Shown here piece by piece: positions 10,101 to 22,449 of a stretch of 64,000 nucleotides of DNA (its first letter is position 1; every line of letters starts with the position of its first letter). The stretch comes from Epiperipatus broadwayi (Eukaryota > Animalia > Onychophora). Location: the NCBI GenBank assembly GCA_028023455.1, contig JAQFVV010000005.1, positions 20,522,001 through 20,586,000 on the forward strand, read 5' to 3'. Position numbers and translations under genes: made by a program. The notes under the pieces are model-generated. The model did not search any database. It had not been told where the DNA came from and saw only the letters and a list, made by a program, of their open reading frames with translations.

Positions 10101-13100
10101 TGTATGTATATGACTCATTTCAAACACACAGATATATTATTTAATTAAAAAAAAAATTTCTTTTATATATATGAGGATTTATATATGTGTATTTATTATT
10201 ATAAATTTATAGATAGTTAATGAATAAACCATTATGTAGAGGGTAATAATATTTGGTAATGATTTGTTATATATATTTTTATTAAATAAGGTGTCATATT
10301 ATTTAACTTTGGTTTTATTAAAATAGAGTAGATCAGAAAAGTGTAAAATAAGGCGATGGAGATTATTAGATTAGGAGATAAAAAAAAATGTACACGTGTG
10401 AAAGAATGAATACATCTGTACAAACACAAAGATGCTTTTACACCTATTTCTGATGGCTATAGATTCCAGGTTTGTTGTTGTCTGTGTCTTAAGATTATTT
10501 TTACAAAAGAGGTGCTTTGATGTAGATAACGATAGCGATCAATTTTAAGTCTTTATTGATTGTGACCGATGTCAAACTTGTGAAGCTTTGATTTTTTTTT
10601 TAAGATAAGGTTTCCAGATGTTTTTTTTTCTTTGGTTGAAATTCACGATATAAATGATTGAAACAATTTTTTTAATCAGTTAGTCATTAAATTTTTTTAG
10701 AGAGATGATCACTTAGTCATTAATTTTTTTTTTTAGAGAGATGATCAGGCAGTATGATTTTATTTGAGAGACTCAATATGAATATTTTGGAGAGACAGTC
10801 ACTCAGATTATTATTATTAAAGTGAGATGTAACTCAGTGAGTATTATTTTGAGACTCAACTCAGTCGGTCCTTCCTTGTTATTAATGTTAAAATAGGAAA
10901 AAGGAGAAAAGTAAGCGATTTGATTTTTTTATTCACTCTTTAAAAATTGAGAAAGGAAATGAAGTATAAGACTCTGGTATAAAGTCAATATAGACGAAGA
11001 TGTGTGTCTATATAAACAATTTCCAGCAATATTAAAGAAGAGAGGAAAACATTGGAACAAGATTGAATTTAATAGAAGTTATTAACCATTATATAAATAT
11101 GATATTAACATATTTGGCTATGCATAATACTATGCCTCTGCATTGCTAAACCATTTTTTTTCTGCTTCCTGGTTAATACAGAATGAGTTAAAATCGCTGA
11201 TCTATCTATGAAGTCATGTATCAAGTAATAACCAACAAAATGATAGAGTTTGAAGCCAACCACACAAGCTATATGGTATGCTTTGTTTCTAGTTCCTGGC
11301 TTATTAAAAGCTCATTACCTTCGAATGAATGGAGAAGAGGAAATAGGAGGAAAAGAAAATTTATAAAAGCCATGTAGAACCAAGTTTGAAGCCATGAATC
11401 AAATTTTTGTTAGTTTACCTCAATCATCTAAAGTGTCAACAGCAATTATTTTTTTAAAAGGAGAGAGACAAGCAAATCCACCGGTACCTACTTATTCAAA
11501 AGTACTTATAATAACTTTTTTTTTAAAATGGTAGAAGGAAGCCAATCAACAATGAATAATAATAGAATTGAAGAAATAAGCAAGTCAATTGATTCAGCAT
11601 TATCTTAAAAGTATCTGCAATAATTTTTTTTTTGTTGTTGTTGTTGTTCAGCAAAGAAAAGCAGTCTGAAAATTCAAACTCAGGACATTAATAAGAAGTA
11701 AAAAGTAAACGGGTAAATATGAACTTTCTTTAACCGATTTTATTCTTGCTTATTAAAAGTAAACCTTAATTTACTGGTCAAAGCAATTTTCTTTTTTGAT
11801 ACAGAAACATTAAAGACTTGTTTATCTATAGTTATTTGCAATATCTCACAACATAGCACAAACATAGTTTAAATCTTTAAACTTAAATTTTTCATTGTGT
11901 TTTATTATTATTTTTTTATATTATATATATTGTAATGTTGAAATGTTTTTTTTTAAAATTGTTCATCAGTTATGATAATGAGCAACCTATAGATATATGC
12001 ATTTATAATGTTTTTTATTTTTATTTTATCTTGTTGCATATTAAAAAATTAATATCATGTATTTTATTTTCTTTCGCTATAAGGTTGCAAAAGAAAAAGA
12101 TATTTTTATATATGTAATTTATGGGTATACATTTTAAACATATATGTTAACATTACCGAATGTGTGCATGTGTAACTGCTTATCCAAACACATCAAAGAA
12201 TAGGTTATATATGATTAGTTTAAAATGGTAAATTGAAAAGTAGGGCATTACATTTGAATGGAAGTGAAATAACATATACAAGTTACACCTGAAATTTATT
12301 TTATGATATGATAAGTAAGAAAAGTCTTAAATAAGCATTTATAGAATATGTATTTTTTTTCTAATATTGATTTAAGTCAGCTTATTTTGAGATATCAAGA
12401 AAAATGACAAACCTATATGTTAGATTTATTTGCTTATACTTATATAAATTTTTTATATTAATTTTTGTATTGAATTAATATGGTAATAAGCCATTTATTT
12501 AATTGTTGATTTGACTTTAAAGAAGGAAAGAAAGAGTAGTAGTGTTAATAAAATATAATTATATATCTTAATTGGTTTCCGAGTTATTATTAAGAATATT
12601 GTGTTTTTTTTTTTGTCTTAATTCTATCATTTTAATTCATCATCATTGCTCGCAGTTATTAAGTATTACCATTCGTATATATTGAGCAATCACTTGCAAA
12701 TATTAAGCGTCCGCAAAATAATAGGTAAACTAGAATGTTGATATTTAAGTATTTAAGGATTATGCTTGAGAATAACCAAATTTTGATAATTATAGTTCAA
12801 CAATAGAAAGCTAAAATTGTGTTGTGTCCATGAATTATGATCATCCTCATCAAAGATGGATATCATGTTATTGGTTAAAAATGTTTCAAATAATACTATA
12901 TAAAAGTTATGATCGCCATCAATCATCATTAATAAATTATAATCATTAAATTTAATGTTTAGCGTAATGAATATATTTTAGTAAATAGGGGTTTATAGAA
13001 AATTGAATATTATGCAAAGAGATTCATGATGATCAATCATCACCACTAGTATTATTAAATCCCAGTATGAAATAGGATAATTTTAATAGATGCCTATAAG

Positions 13101-14214
13101 TTTATAAAGATGAATTTATTGTTGTGAGTTTATTAATAAGCCATGGCTGGTATCATCATCACTATTATAATCATTATTATGATATCACTATTATTATCAT
13201 TATTATTATGATATTATTATCATCATCATCATTATTACCTTTATTGTGATAAATAATCTAGTTAAATGGCCATCAATATCAATAATGGTCTTCACATGCT
13301 TGTTTGGAAGCCATTAATAGGATTATACATGTCTGTTCATCAATATACGTAAATGAGCTAGCAATGTCTATAAGAATCTTTGATCTATAGTATAAACTTT
13401 GGTAATATTGGGATCTTGTAATTTTATCAATATAGATAAAATGTAAGAATGTCATTTTTTTTCATTAGTCATCCAAGTCATGTGTAATAAAAATGTACTG
13501 AATGAGTTTGAACTCAAGTACACTATAAACAGATACTTATCTAGATTGAAAACAATCTAGTGGCGCTCATGGGAAAACACATGTACTTAGCTAAACTGAA
13601 TAAAGAGTGATATCATCCCTTTCCAACTTCATAATATTAGTTTTATAGAATATATATATTTTTATAAGTTGTCATGAATAGCACCAGTGTGTGCATATGA
13701 CCATGAATGGTCTTATATATTTGGAAAGAAGAATAGGAAGGATTCTTTGTTAGAAGAACCTAGTATTGGAGATAAGCATAAGGCACTCCAGGAATTTCAC
13801 AGTGGGTACTTTTATTCAGTTGCTATATTTAATATTATTTTTATTTGATGACAATGGCCAGTATGTTTTATTGTTCAAATGACTGCCCCAATATATAAAT
13901 AAATACCAAGAATCTTTAATGCTGATATTTTCAAGTGGCACAGTGATTCTATAATTTCTTTATCTATGCTATGATGAATTAATATAGTTACAAATGGTAC
14001 AGATTGGATAGGCATATATCTAATAATTAATAATTTCCCCTATCTAAATATTTATTATGGTTACAAATGTGACATATTAAAATAGTTACAAATTATAGTT
14101 ACAAATGGCATGCCAAATAGGGATTGAAATATGCCACACACCTGAGAGAGGTGTATTTCTATGTTAATTTAAATAATTAATACAAATATTATATTAATTT
14201 ATAAATCTGTTACA
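10101..14214 (+). repeat. 5' LTR (4114 bp)
   Basis: tgtatgtatatgactc ... aaatctgttaca. About 13-15 substitutions versus the 3' copy counted by eye outside homopolymers and the last ~45 bp. Confidence 0.88.
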
Positions 14215-14216
14215 AA

Positions 14217-14239
14217 TGGCGCACCAACTAGGGCTCGAA
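14217..14239 (+). other. Primer-binding site, resembling the complement of the tRNA-Lys(CTT) 3' end
   Basis: TGGCGCACCAACTAGGGCTCGAA versus the typical Lys-CTT PBS TGGCGCCCAACGTGGGGCTCGAA (one insertion, one deletion, one substitution), 2 nt after the LTR end. Confidence 0.7.
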
Positions 14240-14849
14240 ATAAGCCAAATAATGGCTTGAAATACCCCACATACATGAGAGATGGGTAGTATATAATGAT
14301 GACAGATGTATAGTTTAAAAAAAAAAAAAAAAAAGAATATTTTTTTTTGTGTGCAATTTTTTTTATTATTAGTGTATACAAATATTTTGGCCTGATGTTT
14401 AGATGATGATGATTACTGTTATTGCATTTTTGATGATGATAAATGAATACAGTCATTATAGAGCTTAGTTTCAATTTTTTAAAATATAATGATATCACAA
14501 CTTATAATGTGTTAAAGTTAATAACACTGTTTTTTTTATATATTTTGCTTATCAGTTAAATAAGCATAGAAATATTAATAGCCTTGAAGTGTAGAATAAT
14601 AATTTTGTTCATATTTGAAAAGTTTGTGTTATAGAAAATTTATGATTTTGGAGGTTGGATTGGATATTTGATTGTTGGAGTTTGGTTGGTTGTGTTACGG
14701 TTTTGATGATGGATGGAGAATTTTTGTCATTGCCTTGAGAATGTGATGTATTCATGCCACTGGTGATTGATTTATCTCATTCACTGCTCCAACCCAGATT
14801 ATAATATCAGTTGTTTTATCATGAAGCAGTTAACAGTAGGCCTGCCATG

Positions 14850-15048
14850 ATTTCGCCTCTAAGACTCCAGAGAGAGCAAGGCATAATTTTTCTGATACAT
14901 AATATTTCGCCTCTAAGACTCCAGAGAGAGCAAGGCAGTATTTTGTTTTACTGATATATAATTGTTGCCTCTAAGACTTTAAAAAAATAAGCAAGGCAGT
15001 ATTTGACGAATTAAAGCCCCTAAGACTTGGAAGTAAGCAGGGCAATGC
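14850..15048 (+). repeat. Four-unit ~50-58-bp tandem repeat in the 5' internal region of the LTR element
   Basis: Core gcctctaagactccagagagagcaaggcagtattt recurs near 14855, 14909, 14967 and 15016, decaying towards the 3' end. Confidence 0.9.
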
Positions 15049-15761
15049 AACAATGTTTGCAATAAACTATTATGGGTTGTAGTAGCTTAGAGTGATTGAA
15101 TTGGGGTGATCATCGGAGTGTTCATGGAGCATTGTGTGCTTTAAGTGCAGTGATTGAAGTCTTTTGTCTATCTCATGATTGTGAATTGCTAATCATTCTT
15201 TTGGCTGTCAATATCTGTCGGATCTCTAGAAGGATAGATGAGTATATAAATGACTTGAGACGTGAACTCTATTATAAATCTAGCACATATGTTATATAAG
15301 TAAATTTTTTTTTGCTTAGTGTATTAAAAAGGGCATAGAGAGAGTTAAGTTTTATAAAGGCATTAAGAACTAGATAAATGATGGCATAAAAAGGACACAC
15401 ATATGCAGAGATAGCTTTTTTTTTAAATAAATGTTTTAAATAGAACTATGACCTCATACTTTATCAATCATATATAGGTAAAGGAAAAAGAGTGATGATC
15501 GAGGTTAAGCTAAATAAAAGCACTTAGGATATAGATAGATTGATGGGGAGAATTATGGCTGAGAAAGAGTGGTTGAAAATTTTAAGGTATATGAGGATAG
15601 ATAAAGGTGTTTGACTCTGGATGTATAGGAAATCAGGGAGCAGAACAATAAATCAGAACAGAATAGAGCAGAACAGAATAAAGCAGAACAGAAATCAATA
15701 TTTAAAAGTTTATAAATAAGTATAAAAAAAGAGTAATTTGGAACAAGACAAAGAAGTAGTC

Positions 15762-16697
15762 ATGGAAGAAATGAAGGAAGGTTACCCAGAGTGGTTTCCC
15801 ATGGTAATGGCACATTTAGATCAGCATTTCAAAAAAATAAACCAGATGTTGGATCAGCACTTCCAAACAATGCATGAGTCTATCAAAGGACTGTCTCAGG
15901 GACTTGACAATAAGATGGATCAACCATCGCCAGAAATGAATGATCAAGTAACTGATTTAGGTAAAGAAACTGATAATAAGATGACCAGTCCAGAACAAGA
16001 AATAGTGCCAGAGAGTTATGTGACTGTAGTCAAGCCATATGAAAATGATGAGGTAGCTGCTGTTCAAGAACAGTGTAATCCCAAAGAGGATATATACAGT
16101 GAGATCCATAACCTAGAAATAAAGGTAGCCACTGTACAGGAACAAATTGACCTCAGGAAAGATGTAATCAGCAAAGCTAGTTTCTTAGAATTAAAGATAG
16201 CTGCTGATGTATATGGCCCAGTAAATGTAGCAGACAAGTTTAAGACATTGGGAGCTACCAAAAGGATAGCTGAAAGTTATCATAGAAAGGAGGAGAGCTA
16301 TGGCTATAAAGTCTCCAATATGAGAATGGGAAGGAACCAGTTAGGACGACAATTTCCCACAAAACCTGGCAAACCAAACATAGGAATGCCTGGGAATATA
16401 TATATGATAGCAGATGATGTGTACTCCCCAATAAGAGTGGCAGACCTGTTGGATGCCCTGGGAGTTATAGAAAGTAAAGCTGAAGGTTATTCTAGAAGGG
16501 AGGAGAGATATAGTTATAAGATCTCCACCATTAGGATTATGAATAATCAGTTAGGCCGACCTTATCCCACAAAACCTAGCAAACTGAATATAAGTTGGCC
16601 TGGGAATAACTTCAATGATCTAAGTGAAAATTGTAGGCCCATGATCAAGGAAAATCCAATAGCAAATTGTTCTGAATCAGTAAGTAATGATACATGA
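15762..16697 (+). CDS. Uninterrupted 311-aa ORF in the LTR element; unassigned, possibly Gag-derived, with 24-aa and 70-aa internal repeats
   Basis: First ATG at 15762 (the track starts at TTG 15738). Only long ORF in the window. N-terminal heptad-like helix LDQHFKKINQMLDQHFQTMHESIKGL, 2x24-aa repeats and 2x70-aa repeats (37/70 identical). No RT, protease, integrase or CCHC motif seen. Confidence 0.7.
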   Translation: MEEMKEGYPEWFPMVMAHLDQHFKKINQMLDQHFQTMHESIKGLSQGLDNKMDQPSPEMNDQVTDLGKETDNKMTSPEQEIVPESYVTVVKPYENDEVAAVQEQCNPKEDIYSEIHNLEIKVATVQEQIDLRKDVISKASFLELKIAADVYGPVNVADKFKTLGATKRIAESYHRKEESYGYKVSNMRMGRNQLGRQFPTKPGKPNIGMPGNIYMIADDVYSPIRVADLLDALGVIESKAEGYSRREERYSYKISTIRIMNNQLGRPYPTKPSKLNISWPGNNFNDLSENCRPMIKENPIANCSESVSNDT

Positions 16698-16852
16698 AGA
16701 ACATTTTTTTAATAGTACATGAGGATAGTCATCAATAATAGACCATAGTCAAATTTGTATTGAAAAAGAAAAAACATGCATATATTAAGCATTTGGTTTA
16801 TGGTTTAGGGAGGTAGTTTCATAAGAGACTATCGGAAATTTTTTTTTTGTTT

Positions 16853-16866
16853 GGGAGTGAGGCAAA
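16853..16866 (+). other. Polypurine tract
   Basis: gggagtgaggcaaa, preceded by a T-run, directly 5' of the 3' LTR. Confidence 0.65.
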
Positions 16867-19800
16867 TGTATGTATATGACTCATTTCAAACACACAGATA
16901 TATTATTTAATTAAAAAAAAAATTTTTTTTATATATATGAGGATTTATATATGTGTATTTATTATTATAAATTTATAGATAGTTAATGAATAAACCATTA
17001 TGTAGAGGGTAATAATATTTGGTAATGATTTATTATATATATTTTTATTAAATAAAGTGTCATATTATTTAACTTTGGTTTTATTAAAATAGAGTAGATC
17101 AGAAAAGTGTAAAATAAGGCGATGGAGATTATTAGATTAGGAGATAAAAAAAATGTACACGTGTGAAAGAATGAATACATCTGTACAAACACAAAGATGC
17201 TTTTACACCTATTTCTGATGGCTATAGATTCCAGGTTTGTTGTTGTCTGTGTCTTAAGATTATTTTTACAAAAGAGGTGCTTTGATGTAGATAACGATAG
17301 CGATCAATTTTAAGTCTTTATTGATTGTGACCGATGTCAAACTTGTGAAGCTTTGATTTTTTTTTTAAGATAAGGTTTCCAGATGTTTTTTTTTCTTTGG
17401 TTGAAATTCGCGATATAAATGATTGAAACAATTTTTTAAGCAGTTAGTCATTAACTTTTTTTAGAGAGATGATCACTTAGTCATTAATTTTTTTTTTAGA
17501 GAGATGATCAGGCAGTATGATTTTATTTGAGAGACTCAATATGAATATTTTGGAGAGACAGTCACTCAGATTATTATTATTAAAGTGAGATGTAACTCAG
17601 TGAGTATTATTTTGAGACTCAACTCAGTCGGTCCTTCCTTGTTATTAATGTTAAAATAGGAAAAAGGAGAAAAGTAAGCGATTTGATTTTTTTATTCACT
17701 CTTTAAAAATTGAGAAAGGAAATGAAGTATAAGACTCTGGTATAAAGTCAATATAGACGAAGATGTGTGTCTATATAAACAATTTCCAGCAATATTAAAG
17801 AAGAGAGGAAAACATTGGAACAAGATTGAATTTAATAGAAGTTATTAACCATTATATAAATATGATATTAACATATTTGGCTATGCATAATACTATGCCT
17901 CTGCATTGCTAAACCATTTTTTTCTGCTTCCTGGTTAATACAGAATGAGTTAAAATCGCTGATCTGTCTATGAAGTCATGTATCAAGTAATAACCAACAA
18001 AATGATAGAGTTTGAAGCCAACCACACAAGCTATATGGAATGCTTTGTTTCTAGTTCCTGGCTTATTAAAAGCTCATTACCTTCGAATGAATGGAGAAGA
18101 GGAAATAGGAGGAAAAGAAAATTTATAAAAGCCATGTAGAACCAAGTTTGAAGCCATGAATCAAATTTTTGTTAGTTTACCTCAATCATCTAAAGTGTCA
18201 ACAGCAATTATTTTTTTAAAAGGAGAGAGACAAGCAAATCCACCGGTACCTACTTATTCAAAAGTACTTATAATAACTTTTTTTTAAAATGGTAGAAGGA
18301 AGCCAATCAACAATGAATAATAATAGAATTGAAGAAACAAGCAAGTCAATTGATTCAGCATTATCTTAAAAGTATCTGCAATAATTTTTTTTTTGTTGTT
18401 GTTGTTGTTCAGCAAAGAAAAGCAGTCTGAAAATTCAAACTCAGGACATTAATAAGAAGTAAAAAGTAAACGGGTAAATATGAACTTTCTTTAACCGATT
18501 TTATTCTTGCTTATTAAAAGTAAACCTTAATTTACTGGTCAAAGCAATTTTCTTTTTTGATACAGAAACATTAAAGACTTGTTTATCTATAGTTATTTGC
18601 AATATCTCACAACATAGCACAAACATAGTTTAAATCTTTAAACTTAAATTTTTCATTGTCTTTTATTATTATTTTTTTATATTATATATATTGTAATGTT
18701 GAAATGTTTTTTTTTTAAATTGTTCATCAGTTGTTATGATAATGAGCAACCTATAGATATATGCATTTATAATGTTTTTTTTATTTTTATTTTATCTTGT
18801 TGCATATTAAAAAATTAATATCATGTATTTTATTTTCTTTCGCTATAAGGTTGCAAAAGAAAAAGATATTTTTATATATGTAATTTATGGGTATACATTT
18901 TAAACATATATGTTAACATTACCGAATGTGTGCATGTGTAACTGCTTATCCAAACACATCAAAGAATAGGTTATATATGATTAGTTTAAAATGGTAAATT
19001 GAAAAGTAGGGCATTACATTTGAATGGAAGTGAAATAACATATACAAGTTACACCTGAAATTTATTTTATGATATGATAAGTAAGAAAAGTCTTAAATAA
19101 GCATTTATAGAATATGTATTTTTTTTCTAATATTGATTTAAGTCAGCTTATTTTGAGATATCAAGAAAAATGACAAACCTATATGTTAGATTTATTTGCT
19201 TATACTTATATAAATTTTTTATATTAATTTTTGTATTGAATTAATATGGTAATAAGCCATTTATTTAATTGTTGATTTGACTTTAAAGAAGGAAAGAAAG
19301 AGTAGTAGTGTTAATAAAATATAATTATATATCTTAATTGGTTTCCGAGTTATTATTAAGAATATTGTGTTTTTTTTTTGTCTTAATTCTATCATTTTAA
19401 TTCATCATCATTGCTCGCAGTTATTAAGTATTACCATTCGTATATATTGAGCAATCACTTGCAAATATTAAGCGCCCGCAAAATAATAGGTAAACTAGAA
19501 TGTTGATATTTAAGTATTTAAGGATTATGCTTGAGAATAACCAAATTTTGATAATTATAGTTCAACAATAGAAAGCTAAAATTGTGTTGTGTCCATGAAT
19601 TATGATCATCCTCATCAAAGATGGATATCATGTTATTGGTTAAAAATGTTTCAAATAATACTATATAAAAGTTATGATCGCCATCAATCATCATTAATAA
19701 ATTATAATCATTAAATTTAATGTTTAGCGTAATGAATATATTTTAGTAAATAGGGGTTTATAGAAAATTGAATATTATGCAAAGAGATTCATGATGATCA

Positions 19801-20979
19801 ATCATCACCACTAGTATTATTAAATCCCAGTATGAAATAGGATAATTTTAATAGATGCCTATAAGTTTATAAAGATGAATTTATTGTTGTGAGTTTATTA
19901 ATAAGCCATGGCTGGTATCATCATCACTATTATAATCATTATTATGATATCACTATTATTATCATTATTATTATGATATTATTATCATCATCATCATTAT
20001 TACCTTTATTGTGATAAATAATCTAGTTAAATGGCCATCAATATCAATAATGGTCTTCACATGCTTGTTTGGAAGCCATTAATAGGATTATACATGTCTG
20101 TTCATCAATATACGTAAATGAGCTAGCAATGTCTATAAGAATCTTTGATCTATAGTATAAACTTTGGTAATATTGGGATCTTGTAATTTTATCAATATAG
20201 ATAAAATGTAAGAATGTCATTTTTTTTCATTAGTCATCCAAGTCATGTGTAATAAAAATGTACTGAATGAGTTTGAACTCAAGTACACTATAAACAGATA
20301 CTTATCTAGATTGAAAACAATCTAGTGGCGCTCATGGGAAAACACATGTACTTAGCTAAACTGAATAAAGAGTGATATCATCCCTTTCCAACTTCATAAT
20401 ATTAGTTTTATAGAATATATATATTTTTTTATAAGTTGTCATGAATAGCACCAGTGTGTGCATATGACCATGAATGGTCTTATATATTTGGAAAGAAGAA
20501 TAGGAAGGATTCTTTGTTAGAAGAACCTAGTATTGGAGATAAGCATAAGGCACTCCAGGAATTTCACAGTGGGTACTTTTATTCAGTTGCTATATTTAAT
20601 ATTATTTTTATTTGATGACAATGGCCAGTATGTTTTATTGTTCAAATGACTGCCCCAATATATAAATAAATACCAAGAATCTTTAATGCTGATATTTTCA
20701 AGTGGCACAGTGATTCTATAATTTCTTTATCTATGCTATGATGAATTAATATAGTTACAAATGGTACAGATTGGATAGGCATATATCTAATAATTAATAA
20801 TTTTCCCAATCTAAATATTTATTATGGTTACAAATGTGACATATTAAAATAGTTACAAATTATAGTTACAAATGGCATGCCAAATAGGGATTGAAATATG
20901 CCACACACCTGAGAGAGGTGTATTTGTATGTTAATTTAAATAGTTACAAAAATCTTATATATATTAATTTGAAATAGTT

Positions 20980-20982
<3 letters not shown>
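16867..20982 (+). repeat. 3' LTR (4116 bp)
   Basis: Starts tgtatgtatatgactc, ends gaaatagttaca, followed by (AT)n. Alternative tagttaca ends at 20948 and 21023. Confidence 0.85.
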
Positions 20983-21013
<31 letters not shown>

Positions 21014-22449
21014 AATAGTTACAATATATATATATATATATATAAAGACATTTATAACAGAACTGGGAATGCTTAAATGGTGAAATAGACTTGTACAATT
21101 GGACAATCCAAGGACAATATTCCCACTGCAACTGAAGTGGTTGCCTTGTTTCTTTCAAGCTTATGCCTCCCAAATAGTCATGAGGCACAAATAGAAGTGT
21201 TCTGAAAATTTAACATTGCAGTTGATATAACAAAATTTTTTAAATAACTAATGGAGAAATGGACATGTATAATTGGAAAATTTTGTGAACAATAATTTAA
21301 GCATAAGAATTTGGGTTTATGTGTGTGAGTCTGGAAGGGCAGGTGAATTTTGTGTCACTACACATCTGGAACTATAAAAAACCCTCTTACCTATCCATAC
21401 GTTTATACTTGAATGTTTAAAAATCATATGCGCAGAATCAGTTGTATGGGTGCGGATGCACTTGACACACACTGACACTCCCTAAATTTGTTTGTAACAA
21501 TTCTTGTTGATTGCATTGTAATATCCAAACTTATACCTCTTGAATTGTCTTGAGGCACAAATAAAGGCATTTGAAAGTAATATTATCTTTCAGTAAAAAC
21601 TCAAGCATTATTAATAAAATATTAGAAATGAAAATTTTACAATGATTTCCTAACATCAAAAAAAAAAAAAAGAGGATTTTCTAAATCAATGGGAGAAGAT
21701 AGAAAAAAAAAATCACATTATCAATAATGAGATCTGCACAAATAAAAGCATCTTTTGAATCAAATTAAGTACAAAACTAAAGCATTCAACACTGCCCAAA
21801 TGAAAAATATTTTATAATTACTGAAAACAAAGAATTAAAGATTTATTATTACTATATGTAAATAAAGATAAGCAATCATTAAATAATTTACTTCAAAACA
21901 AAGTTTTCAAGCCAAAGAGAAATACTGAAAAAATGCATTATTTACTAGATTTATCGTCAGATATTAAGAACTTTACATTTATTTACTGATCACAGCATGG
22001 CTGCTAGGGTAGCAGTGGTCTGCCACCTGTAAATAAATCAGAATATTGGTTGGGAAAAATTTGTAAAATCTACCTGGATTTAATTCTTTTCATTGTTGAG
22101 TGAAAACAATAGTAAATAAATTATTCAACACAAACAAAGTTTAAACTATCCGTCTTATAAATTATAAATAACAAACACTAACTTTGATAACACATCAAAA
22201 TTATTCCACTAGGATGAACATTTCTAGACTTATGAAAAACTCTCATCAGCTGATCACAAAGTCATCGGTACACTCAATGAAATGCACAGTCTTTTTCTAA
22301 TATACCAAACTATTGGAGAAGATAACATAATTGCAATGCCATATTAAATATTAAGCTTTAACCTGTTGTGGTGAATCAGCCAAAGTAAAATTGAAAGCAA
22401 CTCATCTTAATCAATAAGTAATTCTCTATATATAAAACATCAAATGCTA

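Larger units (their letters stand above)
10101..20982 (+). mobile_element. Non-autonomous LTR retroelement with ~4.1-kb LTRs (LARD-like, gypsy-type signals), lacking pol
   Basis: Two near-identical direct repeats start TGTATG and end GTTACA. PBS-like TGGCGC.. lies 2 nt after the 5' LTR and a purine tract lies just before the 3' LTR. Inserted in (AT)n. The 2.65-kb internal region has one ORF and no RT/IN motifs. Confidence 0.88.

Noticed and set aside
11955-11975. CTGATGA (minus strand) inside the LTR as an LTR-retrozyme hammerhead
   Set aside because: No stem II, no GAAA in position and no stem I partner.
14850-15048. Repeat-spacer-like layout resembling a CRISPR array
   Set aside because: The linkers are homologous to each other, the repeats decay progressively, there are no cas genes, and the context is a eukaryotic LTR element.
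10101-20982. 4.1-kb direct repeat as a plain segmental duplication or assembly artefact
   Set aside because: TG...CA ends, a PBS right after copy 1, a PPT right before copy 2 and scattered substitutions fit an LTR element. An artefact is still testable with long reads.
21050-21580. Repeated peptide-like words NGEIDLYNW / NGEMDMYNW and a repeated tgaggcacaaata
   Set aside because: A decayed local duplication with many stops; no element boundaries or protein family identified.
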